In this document: positions 39,578-47,936 of the stretch, one piece after another
How the letters are laid out: each line of letters starts with the position of its first letter
Position numbering within the stretch: the first letter of the stretch is position 1
NCBI GenBank assembly: GCA_963718605.1
Contig: OY970363.1
Coordinates: 192,505-256,504, forward strand
Length of the DNA: 64,000 nucleotides
Direction of reading: 5' to 3'
Source of the DNA: an uncultured Actinomycetes bacterium
GTDB taxonomy: Bacteria; Actinomycetota; Acidimicrobiia; Acidimicrobiales; JACCXE01
Position numbers and translations under genes: made by a program
The notes under the pieces: generated by a model
What the model saw: only the letters and a program-made list of their open reading frames with translations
Database searches by the model: none
What the model was told of the DNA's origin: nothing

Positions 39578-41369
39578 CCGCTTCCGTGGTTTGTGGCTCG
39601 TGATGGTGATCGCGGTGCAGGCGGACGCGCCCCGCGCTATCGGAACCTTGATGGTGTCTGCGACCGAAGGTGTCAGCCGCGTCACCCGTCCGTATTGTTT
39701 GAAGCTCGTTGCTGACGGTGTTATCGGGCACGACACCAGCAAGATCGTCATCGCGGCGGCCATCCAGGGTGTCTCACTTGCCGTGCTCGGCGTGATGAAC
39801 CTCGCGCGCAACGAGTGGGGAACAGTGCTCAACGAGAAGGTCGGTTTCCTTCTCGATCAAAGAATCGTTGCCACGACCGCAGGCATCCCTGGCATCGAGC
39901 ACCATGAGCGACCCGAATATCTCGACGAGCTCGCGTTGCTCCGCTCGCAGCGCGGCATATTGTCCACGACAGTCAACGCCGTCATGCTCACCTTTCAGTA
40001 CTTGGTCATGTTCTTCGGAATCGTGGCGCTCGCGGCCCAAGTCCATCCGATTCTTCTACTACTACCCTTCTTTGCGATCCCCTCTCTAGCGACCACGGCG
40101 TTGAGCGCGAAGATCGAGCAGGGAGCGATGGAGCAAACAGCCGAGCGAACTCGGGTCGCACATCACCTATTCGAACTTTCGACGACGGCCGCGCCTGGCA
40201 AAGAACTACGCATCTTCGGCCTCGGCGACAAGCTCGTCGAGCGCTACGAGACCGTATGGGGCGAGTTCGACAAGATCTCGCGCCACGCGTCCGCCAAGGT
40301 CGCCGCGCTCAATGCCTTGGGTTGGGCGATCTTCGCTGCCGGTTATGCCGGCTGCCTCACGTTCGTCGTGGTCCAGGCGATCAACAACCCGTCGCGCATC
40401 ACTGTCGGCGACGTGTCTCTCGCCTTCGTAGCTGCCGGACAGATCAACGGTTTCGTCGGCGGCATCGCCGGAATCCTCTCCTGGCTTTGGTCGACGCTCA
40501 AGACGGTGGGACGTCTCATCTGGTTGACGGACTACGCGACCGAGGCAACGCGCAACTTCGCTCCGACAGACGCGCAACCAGCACCAACGGCGGTCAAGCA
40601 AGGTCTCACTTTCGAAAACGTCGCCTTCACGTACCCCGGCACGAACGCGCCAGTGCTCGACCAAGTGAGCTTTCACGTCCCTGCAGGAGCGACCGTCGCC
40701 CTTGTCGGCGAGAACGGAGCAGGCAAGACCACCCTGGTCAAGCTCCTATGCCAGCTCTACCGCCCCACGTCGGGACGCATCACAGTCGAGGGCATCGATC
40801 TTGCCGAGATCGAGTTCGGCGAGTGGCGACAACAGATCTCCGCCGGCTTTCAAGATTTTGCACGACTCGAACTCCTTGCGCGGGAGGCGATCGGTGTCGG
40901 TGACCTGCCCAATGTCGATTCTGACTCTGCGGTGCTCGCCGCGCTCGATCGCGCGCAAGTCTCTGACGTCGTTACCTCGATGCCGGCAGCACTCGACACC
41001 CAACTCGGCCGCTCGTTCACCGCGGGCGTCGAACTCTCGCTCGGCCAGTGGCAGAAGATCTCGCTCGGTCGCACCATGATGCGCGAACAGCCTCTATTGC
41101 TCATCCTCGACGAACCCACCGCGAGCCTCGACGCGCAGGCCGAGCACGACCTGTTCGAGCGCTACGCCGGAGCAGCGCGCCGCGCCTCAGATGACACGGG
41201 CGCCATCACGTTGCTCGTGTCGCACAGATTCTCGACGGTCCGCATGGCAGATCTCATCGTTGTGCTCGAACACGGCCGCGTCGCAGAAATCGGCAGCCAC
41301 GCCGAACTCGTCGCTAACGCCGAGACGTACGCCGAACTCTACGAACTTCAGGCTCGAACCTACCGGTAG
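39570..41369 (+). CDS. ABC exporter, fused permease/ATPase subunit 2
   Basis: GENGAGKTTLVKLL, LSLGQWQKISLGR and LLILDEPTASLD. Start set to ATG 39570 (MRSRFRGLWLVMV), which overlaps the end of subunit 1 by 8 nt. The ORF-track start 39423 lies inside subunit 1. Confidence 0.9.
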   Translation: MRSRFRGLWLVMVIAVQADAPRAIGTLMVSATEGVSRVTRPYCLKLVADGVIGHDTSKIVIAAAIQGVSLAVLGVMNLARNEWGTVLNEKVGFLLDQRIVATTAGIPGIEHHERPEYLDELALLRSQRGILSTTVNAVMLTFQYLVMFFGIVALAAQVHPILLLLPFFAIPSLATTALSAKIEQGAMEQTAERTRVAHHLFELSTTAAPGKELRIFGLGDKLVERYETVWGEFDKISRHASAKVAALNALGWAIFAAGYAGCLTFVVVQAINNPSRITVGDVSLAFVAAGQINGFVGGIAGILSWLWSTLKTVGRLIWLTDYATEATRNFAPTDAQPAPTAVKQGLTFENVAFTYPGTNAPVLDQVSFHVPAGATVALVGENGAGKTTLVKLLCQLYRPTSGRITVEGIDLAEIEFGEWRQQISAGFQDFARLELLAREAIGVGDLPNVDSDSAVLAALDRAQVSDVVTSMPAALDTQLGRSFTAGVELSLGQWQKISLGRTMMREQPLLLILDEPTASLDAQAEHDLFERYAGAARRASDDTGAITLLVSHRFSTVRMADLIVVLEHGRVAEIGSHAELVANAETYAELYELQARTYR

Positions 41370-41419
41370 GGGCCGCGTGCGCTTCAACTAGATCCGATTG
41401 TGTTTCCTGGTTCCCCAGC

Positions 41420-41539
41420 TTGGGAAGCTGAATTCAGTGGTCGTCCACGGACGCCCGCGGACGTTTGCGCAGGTCACGCCGGGTGACGTGCTTCGGCGGA
41501 TGAGGGCGAATCCCGGGGGATGAGCCATAAATGCGCCAT
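41420..41539. repeat. 120-bp imperfect direct repeat, copy 1 (partner 62856-62975; offset 21436 bp)
   Basis: My ungapped hand alignment gives 89/120 identical positions (74%). It ends in atgagccat-aa-atgcgccat. It lies in the gap between the ABC exporter stop and the RES gene stop. Confidence 0.8.
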
Positions 41540-41749
41540 CGAGTTAGTCCGTGCACTTGACGACTCCTTCCAGAGGCACGGGACTCGCCTCAGCTTCCCG
41601 ACAACGCAGCAGCCGGTTGTCAGCGGGCAGTCCTGAACTGTTGGGGCGGGTCTCCGGTCTCGGGACGATGGTCGCTACACGACATCTTCTGGCATTTTCA
41701 GCTTGCACGCGAACCGACGGCCAGCTCGCGAGCGATCGCCGCGGAAGTC

Positions 41750-42418
41750 TCACCGTCGGGACACTGAGACCCGGTACGGCGCGAGCCGCGTCCGCAGTTC
41801 ACGCCGTCCTCGGTTGGTGTCGAAGTCTGCGCTCGCGCCCGACGGAACTTGGGGGTCGTTCGAGGCGACGACCGCACCAACCGGGATCCGATCGCCGAAC
41901 AGAACCAGAGCAAGCAACGTCGGGTCTCGCTTACTTTGCCAGACGTATCCTTGCGCGGCTGGGGCGACGGACCTGATCCAGTGGCCCCAGTGACGCGATT
42001 GTGCGTAGTCACGCGGGTCGCACATGGTCAGCCACGTGTCCTGCGCGACTGCGCTGAGATCTAGCGCCGATCGAAGGGCGACCAACTCCAGGTCGTGCGT
42101 TACTGAAATCGAGCTGATCCGTCTGCCGGCAACCTTCGCTCGTGGTAGCAGGCGAAATCCCAAGTCGTCTGCGTCTAAGTCCCGCAGGAGAGTCTCCGCG
42201 ATCGCGACATCAACCGTCTGGCCGGCGTAAAGGAAGGGGTAGTCGTCGTCGTCAGTGCCATCAAAGCGTCCGCCGCCGTAGTACTTGTGGCTCGGTGTGG
42301 TGTTGAACGCGTCGCTCGCGAACCGTTTCTGATGAACTCGAAACAGGCTTGTCCCAGATAACAGAGTCGTTGTCCGCGCGACGCCGTTGAACGCCAACGG
42401 CGGTCGTGTGTTCGACAC
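41750..42418 (-). CDS. RES domain toxin (NAD+-targeting toxin family)
   Basis: 222 aa. The R/E/S triad context is GGGRFDG, VAIAETLLRD and YVWQSKRDP. GTG start lies 3 nt after the stop of the upstream DUF2384-like gene. Confidence 0.8.
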   Translation of the reverse strand: MSNTRPPLAFNGVARTTTLLSGTSLFRVHQKRFASDAFNTTPSHKYYGGGRFDGTDDDDYPFLYAGQTVDVAIAETLLRDLDADDLGFRLLPRAKVAGRRISSISVTHDLELVALRSALDLSAVAQDTWLTMCDPRDYAQSRHWGHWIRSVAPAAQGYVWQSKRDPTLLALVLFGDRIPVGAVVASNDPQVPSGASADFDTNRGRRELRTRLAPYRVSVSRR

Positions 42419-42421
42419 CGG

Positions 42422-43087
42422 TTACCAGCTGTCATTCGCGAGTTGGTCGACGGCAAACAAGAGTTCGTCGTCGCGGCCCGTGCCGAGGAGGTCAGCTGGC
42501 CTCGCCTTCGACAGCCACTGGTTTGGTGTGAGCCACCAACTCGCTGCACCTGCCGGGTCTTGGTAGCCGCCCAGCCGCTCGTGGAACCCTCGGACGATCT
42601 CGTGGATGGTGCCCGACTCGATCGACGAGAACATGAAGCGCGGCGTGCCGCCTTCCGCGTCGCTAATGAATGGTCGGGCCGTGATGCTCGGCGTTCCGTC
42701 CTGCGAGATGAAGAAAACGACTCCTTCGCGGCGAACCTGGGCTAGAGCCTCCTGCTCGACATAGTCCGCCACGGCACGCATCGTGACGTCAGGTTCGGCG
42801 AGCGCGACGAGAGAACGAACTACGCAGCGCTCGGCCAGGACCTGCGGTTCCAGGTGCAGACGGCGTTCCTCGAAGCGGGTGTCTGCGCTGCGAAGAACGA
42901 GCCACACTGCATGATCGGGTGGCAGGTCGGCCAGAAGTCGGGTTAAGACGGACTCAGCGAGCCCGTCCGAAGATGTCGGTTCTTCCCACTGGAGCCGCGC
43001 CAACGACGCGAGCGTTTGGACCGACAGCAACGGCTCTGTCTCTTCCCAGTCACGGTCGATCAGTTCGAGAGCATCGATAGTCGCCAT
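42422..43087 (-). CDS. RES-cognate antitoxin-like protein: unrecognised ~170-aa N-terminal region plus C-terminal DUF2384 (Xre/MbcA/ParS-type toxin-binding) domain
   Basis: The C-terminus WWLTPNQWLSKARPADLLGTGRDDELLFAVDQLANDSW matches the DUF2384 pattern. I could see no helix-turn-helix in the N-terminal part. ATG 43087 shares one base with the CHAT gene stop (TGATG). The 97-codon extension of ORF 42422..43378 lies inside the CHAT gene and was rejected. Confidence 0.65.
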   Translation of the reverse strand: MATIDALELIDRDWEETEPLLSVQTLASLARLQWEEPTSSDGLAESVLTRLLADLPPDHAVWLVLRSADTRFEERRLHLEPQVLAERCVVRSLVALAEPDVTMRAVADYVEQEALAQVRREGVVFFISQDGTPSITARPFISDAEGGTPRFMFSSIESGTIHEIVRGFHERLGGYQDPAGAASWWLTPNQWLSKARPADLLGTGRDDELLFAVDQLANDSW

Positions 43088-46000
43088 CAACCGGCAATGT
43101 AGACAACGCTCGACCAGTTGGCCGCGTGAGCGAACGGCCTGCGCCCCGTGTCTCGAAATTCCGGATCCAGTAGAAGCACACGGAGCTCTTGCCGAAGACG
43201 CGGCGGGATCCACGAGTCCAAGTCGTTCGCCGCGGCGAGGTCGAGGAAATCCGCGGCGCTGTATTCGCGAAGGGTCCGTTGGGCGTCGGCCAAGGCATCG
43301 GGTGCCTTCAGTCCAGCTACGAGGCGGTCGTAGAAGCGCGACATCAGCAGGCATGTGCCGGCGTCTTCGACGTCCCACAGTGTCGCTACGACGCTGCCTG
43401 CTCCGGCGGCAATCATCGTGTGCGCGAGACCGATCAGCTCATCCGCTCCCGCCTGATCAACCACCCCAGTGCTACAGCACGAGGCAACCACCATTGCCAG
43501 ATGCGGCATGGACGCCATGGCGAGGTCTTCGACGGTTACCCGCGTCTTGTCGCCGAGAATGAAGCGACTTGCGAACGGGTCGCCGGGGTCGTATCTGGCG
43601 TGACACGCGAGGTGTAGGTGCGTCGCTGTCGGGAGCTGCTCGAGCAACCAGCCCCGAAGACCGGCACCCTGGGGCGGCGTGACGACGCGTCCGGCGAATC
43701 GCTCGACGGCCACCAACTCGTCGGCTGCGAACCTCAGGTCGCCCGTCGGATTGACTATCGCCAAGGTGCGGTCTGGGTCGACGTTCCTTCGTGGGACAGC
43801 TGTGGCCGCCACGATGTACTGGGCGCTGGCGGCGACTTCAACCATGCCCGCGGACCCACCGAGAGCCGCAAGCGGAAGCCCAGACAAGGCTCCGCAGGCC
43901 ACGATCGCCACGCTGTCCACGGCTGCGTCGCGGAGAATGCGAGCCGCTTGGTTGAGGAGTCCGTCGCCTAGGACGTCCCAGGCCCGGTCCAGAGCCACCT
44001 CGACGTCTGCTCTCGATTGGGCCGTGTCAAGTGCAGCAAGCACCGAAGCGACGTCGCGTGACTTCACGAGTGCGGTCCACGCACCGGCTCCCTTTCCCGG
44101 AACCAGCACGACGGCATACGAGCCGAGTGAACACGTGCCGACGTACAGCATTGCCGTTCCAGCGCGGAGCCATCGTTGGACCGCTTCATCGACCTCGGTC
44201 GAGTCGTAGTCACCGACAGTTGTCCGCCGCCACCGTGCGCGTGAGCGTTCGATGGTGTGGATCACGCTTCGCGCATCGAGTCGATGCGCGTAGAGCAGCG
44301 CGAGCCGGTGATAGAGGTCACTCGCTGCAGCGACGTGGCCAAGGCGCGCGGCGAGCGTCGGAGCGCGGTCGATCACGTCGTCGGCATAGTCGCAGGCTGA
44401 GCGGAGAACCTCGACCGCAGCATCCCAGTTGCCACGCGACAGGTGCATCTGCGCAAGGTTGCCGCAGACGAGGTGGTGGAGGCGTGTAGGCGCTGAGTCC
44501 TCAAGCGCCGCCGCGCACTTACACAACAGCTCCTCCGCGCGATCGAGATCCGTATCTTCTCCTCGCCAAAACAACACTCCGGCCAGCGTCGTTGCCGCGA
44601 GTACGCGCGTCGCGTCGTCCGCTGCGAGATGGCGCGTCGAATCTACGGCGTCCTCCAGCCACTCCTCTGCGTCGGCGCATTGCGTCGCGCCGACGTTGGA
44701 CGTGACCCGGTGCAGCATCTCGAGGACAATCGCGCCGAGATTGACAAGCGCGCGCGTGCGCACGGGGTGGGTCGATTCGAGCTGGTCCAACTTCGGCCGC
44801 AAGGCATCAACCGCGTGGATTACAGCGTCGTCGTGCTCTGGCGAGAGGTCGAGCCGCGCACGGTCTGCGAGCGCTGAGACGAGGTTGCCTTCGAGCATTA
44901 TCGCGTCGGCTTGCGGGAGCGGATCCGACACGTCGAGACAGCGCGCGTAGTCGAAAAGCTCAAGCGCCTTCGCGACGTTCAGACTGGGATTACCGGCGAG
45001 CCGAGACCTCGACAACGCTGCCTGATTGACGATCGCCGAGATGCCCCGTGACGGCTCGTCCGGGAAATACAGCTGGCACAAATGAACGGCGTCATGAAGC
45101 AGCGACATCGCTGCCTCCGCAGCATCGGCGTCGGCGACTCGATCTGGTCGCAGTTCTGACAGCGCGAAGTTCACGGTGGCGTCGACAACGATCGGCAACT
45201 CGAGCCGGGCTGCGGTCCTTCGTACGTGATCGAGCATCGACCGCGCGTCGATAAACGCGTCCCCTGCGGTCATGTCGTCGAGAAGCCTCGCCGCCGTGTC
45301 GTTCATCGCCGTCAACGTCATCGGGTGAGCGTCGCCGAATTCGCGCGTCGCGAGCGCTATCAGTTCGCGACCGGAAGCGATGGCGGCGCGCAAGTCCGCC
45401 GGCGATCTCGAGGCTGCGGAACCAAGCGCAGTCAATTCGCGAAGCAGCGCCAGAGCTTCCTTCGCTGAGTCGGTCTCGGCATCGAACCCGAGTGCACGTA
45501 ACGAAGACTGGGCCGGACGACTCATGCGGGCCCGGACGACGTCGGCAGCAACCGGGTCGACCTGGGAGGCGGCGGTGAGAACACCGATCCGACGCACCAC
45601 CGGCTCCCACGACATCTGGGTGAGCTCAGGCTCGGACTCGATGACCCCCTCCGCGTCGGCATCGTCCGAAGCGACCAGTCTCCCGACAGCTGCCACTACG
45701 TCGGGCCACGGATGGTTCCAACGCATGGCCGCAACCCACTCGAGAACACGCGGGTCGTCGGCCCACTCCTGCCCGGCGGCGTCGACACCCGCGAGCTGGA
45801 AGCCCGAGTAACGGTCGGCCACGACGCCGACAAGCTCGGGCGACGTGTTCGCCACGGGGCCGGCGACGACGCCTGCGTCGTTGATCTGAGTTGCGAGCGC
45901 GTCCTCAAGGCGCGCCATCGTCTCGGAGTCAGCGGCCGACACGCAGAAGACGACCGGGATCGGATCTCCGGGGCGAAGGACTACGACGGGCCCGGGCACC

Positions 46001-46257
46001 GCCGCATCCTCGCCACAACTCGGGCAAGCAGCAACAGGAAAGGAAGCTCGCAGCGACTCCATCCGTTGCCGATCTCGCCAGTCCGACATCAGCGGCAGCA
46101 GATACGGAAAATTCGAGTCGCAGTGATCGCAGTGGACGATCAATTCGACATCCGTGGTGTCGAAGAGTTCGTCGCGATCGGTCGGACGGACGCCGGTACT
46201 CATTTCGCGATTGTCGCCGAGTCGCCAATGGACGCGTCGTTCAGAGAGTCGAACCAT
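43087..46257 (-). CDS. CHAT-domain (caspase-like) protease with N-terminal zinc-ribbon and helical TPR-like middle region
   Basis: 1056 aa. N-terminal HCDHCDS...ACPSCG (two CxxC pairs). A long all-helical middle region. C-terminal CHAT: LHLACHARYDP (catalytic His), AMVVASCCSTG (catalytic Cys), SVVATLWDV and the terminal HAANWSSVVYIAG. Confidence 0.8.
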   Translation of the reverse strand: MVRLSERRVHWRLGDNREMSTGVRPTDRDELFDTTDVELIVHCDHCDSNFPYLLPLMSDWRDRQRMESLRASFPVAACPSCGEDAAVPGPVVVLRPGDPIPVVFCVSAADSETMARLEDALATQINDAGVVAGPVANTSPELVGVVADRYSGFQLAGVDAAGQEWADDPRVLEWVAAMRWNHPWPDVVAAVGRLVASDDADAEGVIESEPELTQMSWEPVVRRIGVLTAASQVDPVAADVVRARMSRPAQSSLRALGFDAETDSAKEALALLRELTALGSAASRSPADLRAAIASGRELIALATREFGDAHPMTLTAMNDTAARLLDDMTAGDAFIDARSMLDHVRRTAARLELPIVVDATVNFALSELRPDRVADADAAEAAMSLLHDAVHLCQLYFPDEPSRGISAIVNQAALSRSRLAGNPSLNVAKALELFDYARCLDVSDPLPQADAIMLEGNLVSALADRARLDLSPEHDDAVIHAVDALRPKLDQLESTHPVRTRALVNLGAIVLEMLHRVTSNVGATQCADAEEWLEDAVDSTRHLAADDATRVLAATTLAGVLFWRGEDTDLDRAEELLCKCAAALEDSAPTRLHHLVCGNLAQMHLSRGNWDAAVEVLRSACDYADDVIDRAPTLAARLGHVAAASDLYHRLALLYAHRLDARSVIHTIERSRARWRRTTVGDYDSTEVDEAVQRWLRAGTAMLYVGTCSLGSYAVVLVPGKGAGAWTALVKSRDVASVLAALDTAQSRADVEVALDRAWDVLGDGLLNQAARILRDAAVDSVAIVACGALSGLPLAALGGSAGMVEVAASAQYIVAATAVPRRNVDPDRTLAIVNPTGDLRFAADELVAVERFAGRVVTPPQGAGLRGWLLEQLPTATHLHLACHARYDPGDPFASRFILGDKTRVTVEDLAMASMPHLAMVVASCCSTGVVDQAGADELIGLAHTMIAAGAGSVVATLWDVEDAGTCLLMSRFYDRLVAGLKAPDALADAQRTLREYSAADFLDLAAANDLDSWIPPRLRQELRVLLLDPEFRDTGRRPFAHAANWSSVVYIAG

Positions 46258-46303
46258 CGATTCGGCCTAGCCGAGCTTCGCCTCCGCGAAGTGGGTCGAA
46301 CGG

Positions 46304-47632
46304 TTAGCGACCTAACCGCTCGTGTTGGTCCGGTTCGCCGCGTAACGCCCACCGCGGCAGCGGCAGTTTCGTGTTGTCTGCTTCGAACCTCGTGAGCCCG
46401 AGGTCGTACATCAGGACGGTTAGCCAGTTCTGAACGATGGGTTCAATCGCGTCGACCGAGCTCCCCGCTGCCTCGCCTTGGAAGCCGTATTCCGATACGG
46501 CGTTCGCGATCACGTCTTGCGTGTATTTGTGCGCGTCGGCCAGCAAGCTGTTCAGCGCCTGAGCCGCGACGATCGAGACGGTTACTCCGTCGCGTGAGCG
46601 CGGTTCGGCCATCTCGAGAGCGGTCGCGCACGCAGCGAGCACGCGAGTTGCCGCGATGAGGCCTCCGAGCAACAGATCGCGAAGGTCGGCGATGATCAGC
46701 TTGAGGCGGGGGGTGTCGGCCGGCGGGTCGATTGGTTCGATCATCAGTTGGGTTGAGACTGAGAGCTCGCGGTGGTCGAGCACGACGCGGGACATTGCGC
46801 GGATTCGTGCGCCCAGCACGTTGTCGGTTTTCTGGGCTGCCGGTGACGTGGCGATGAGGCTTAGTTCGGTGGCTGACTGACGGAACACGTCCCAGTACGG
46901 CCCAAGGTCGCGGTATCGCCGTTGCGGCTCGAGAACCTTGTCGGGCAAGGGACTCGTATTGAGCGCTTCCTTCGCTGCTTCGGCGACCGCCGTGCCTAGC
47001 CATGGGTGGGTTAGGACGCGCACTGGTAGGTAGCTCGCTGCGCGGAAGCGGAGGTCGATCACCTCGTCGGCTTCCGGCTGGAGGCCCAAAGCCTGCTGCT
47101 TTAGCTGGGTCCACGAGTATGTGGGTGTTTGTGTGCCGGCACTGTGTCCGGCCTTGCCGCGTTCGACGAGGTTGATGATGTCTTCGCGCCGCGCGTGAGC
47201 GTTGTGGCCGGGCATCCGAATAAGGACGCGGCCGTTGACGGCAACAGGATGCGTGACGGCGTCTGCGTCGACGCGGAGAAGCAGGAGTATTCGGTCACCA
47301 ATGTCGGTGATGCGGACCGGAATGAATTCGGGCATCGCGTCTGTCGTGAGCACGCTGCGGAGCTGCTGTGCGATCGCGTCGTGATCGGCCGCCGGTATTC
47401 CGGGAAACCGATTCTCCGGGGGGCCTGTCTCGTCTGCGCCGACAATGACGATGCCGCCGTCGGCGTTGGCGAACGCGACAATGGAGTCAACGAGATGTTT
47501 CGACGCTGACTTCTTGAGTTCAAGAACGCGCGACTCGCTGAGGACTCCGAGGCGTTCGACGTTGGCGACATCCGCGACTAAGTCGTCGAACGAGATCTCG
47601 CTCGCCGCGCACCGGTAGATGTCGATCGCCAT
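46304..47632 (-). CDS. Schlafen/AlbA_2-domain protein with ~280-aa C-terminal region of unknown function
   Basis: ESRVLELKKSASKHLVDSIVAFANADGGIVIVGADETG...PVAVNGRVLIRMPGHNAHA fits the AlbA_2 (Schlafen core, putative nucleic-acid-binding) domain. ATG 47632; ORF-track start 47638 is a TTG two codons upstream. It sits 46 nt upstream of the CHAT gene on the same strand. Confidence 0.65.
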   Translation of the reverse strand: MAIDIYRCAASEISFDDLVADVANVERLGVLSESRVLELKKSASKHLVDSIVAFANADGGIVIVGADETGPPENRFPGIPAADHDAIAQQLRSVLTTDAMPEFIPVRITDIGDRILLLLRVDADAVTHPVAVNGRVLIRMPGHNAHARREDIINLVERGKAGHSAGTQTPTYSWTQLKQQALGLQPEADEVIDLRFRAASYLPVRVLTHPWLGTAVAEAAKEALNTSPLPDKVLEPQRRYRDLGPYWDVFRQSATELSLIATSPAAQKTDNVLGARIRAMSRVVLDHRELSVSTQLMIEPIDPPADTPRLKLIIADLRDLLLGGLIAATRVLAACATALEMAEPRSRDGVTVSIVAAQALNSLLADAHKYTQDVIANAVSEYGFQGEAAGSSVDAIEPIVQNWLTVLMYDLGLTRFEADNTKLPLPRWALRGEPDQHERLGR

Positions 47633-47936
47633 GATCAATCGTTAGCCGCTGCGTGGCGACGCCGCTGCGTGTTGCGACCTTCGATCTGTCGGCGCCGTCA
47701 GGATGCGGCATGCCTGCAGGTTTGCCCGGCCCGACCCGGGTACCGCTCGAATCGTCAAGTGGCACACCGCCGTTGCGGCAACGCGACTCGTCCGCGACGC
47801 ACACGCCGCGCTACTCGAAGGAGCGTTCACCGCCAACGAACGGGCTGCTCTCGACGCTGTCGCGGGGCGAAACGAGACGTAGAAGCGGCTCAAGCTCCTG
47901 CGTCACCACGCCCGCCGAAGTCAGTAGGTTCGAGTG

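Noticed and set aside
42422-43378. Long N-terminal extensions in the ORF track (42422..43378, 33553..34896, 5235..6203, 62014..62988, 55066..57000, 39423..41369, 2913..3839)
   Set aside because: The extensions overlap the preceding genes or consist of Arg/Pro-rich sequence. Internal ATG/GTG starts give canonical domain N-termini and stop/start coupling. The track also renders GTG/TTG starts as M (verified at 63874 and 47638).
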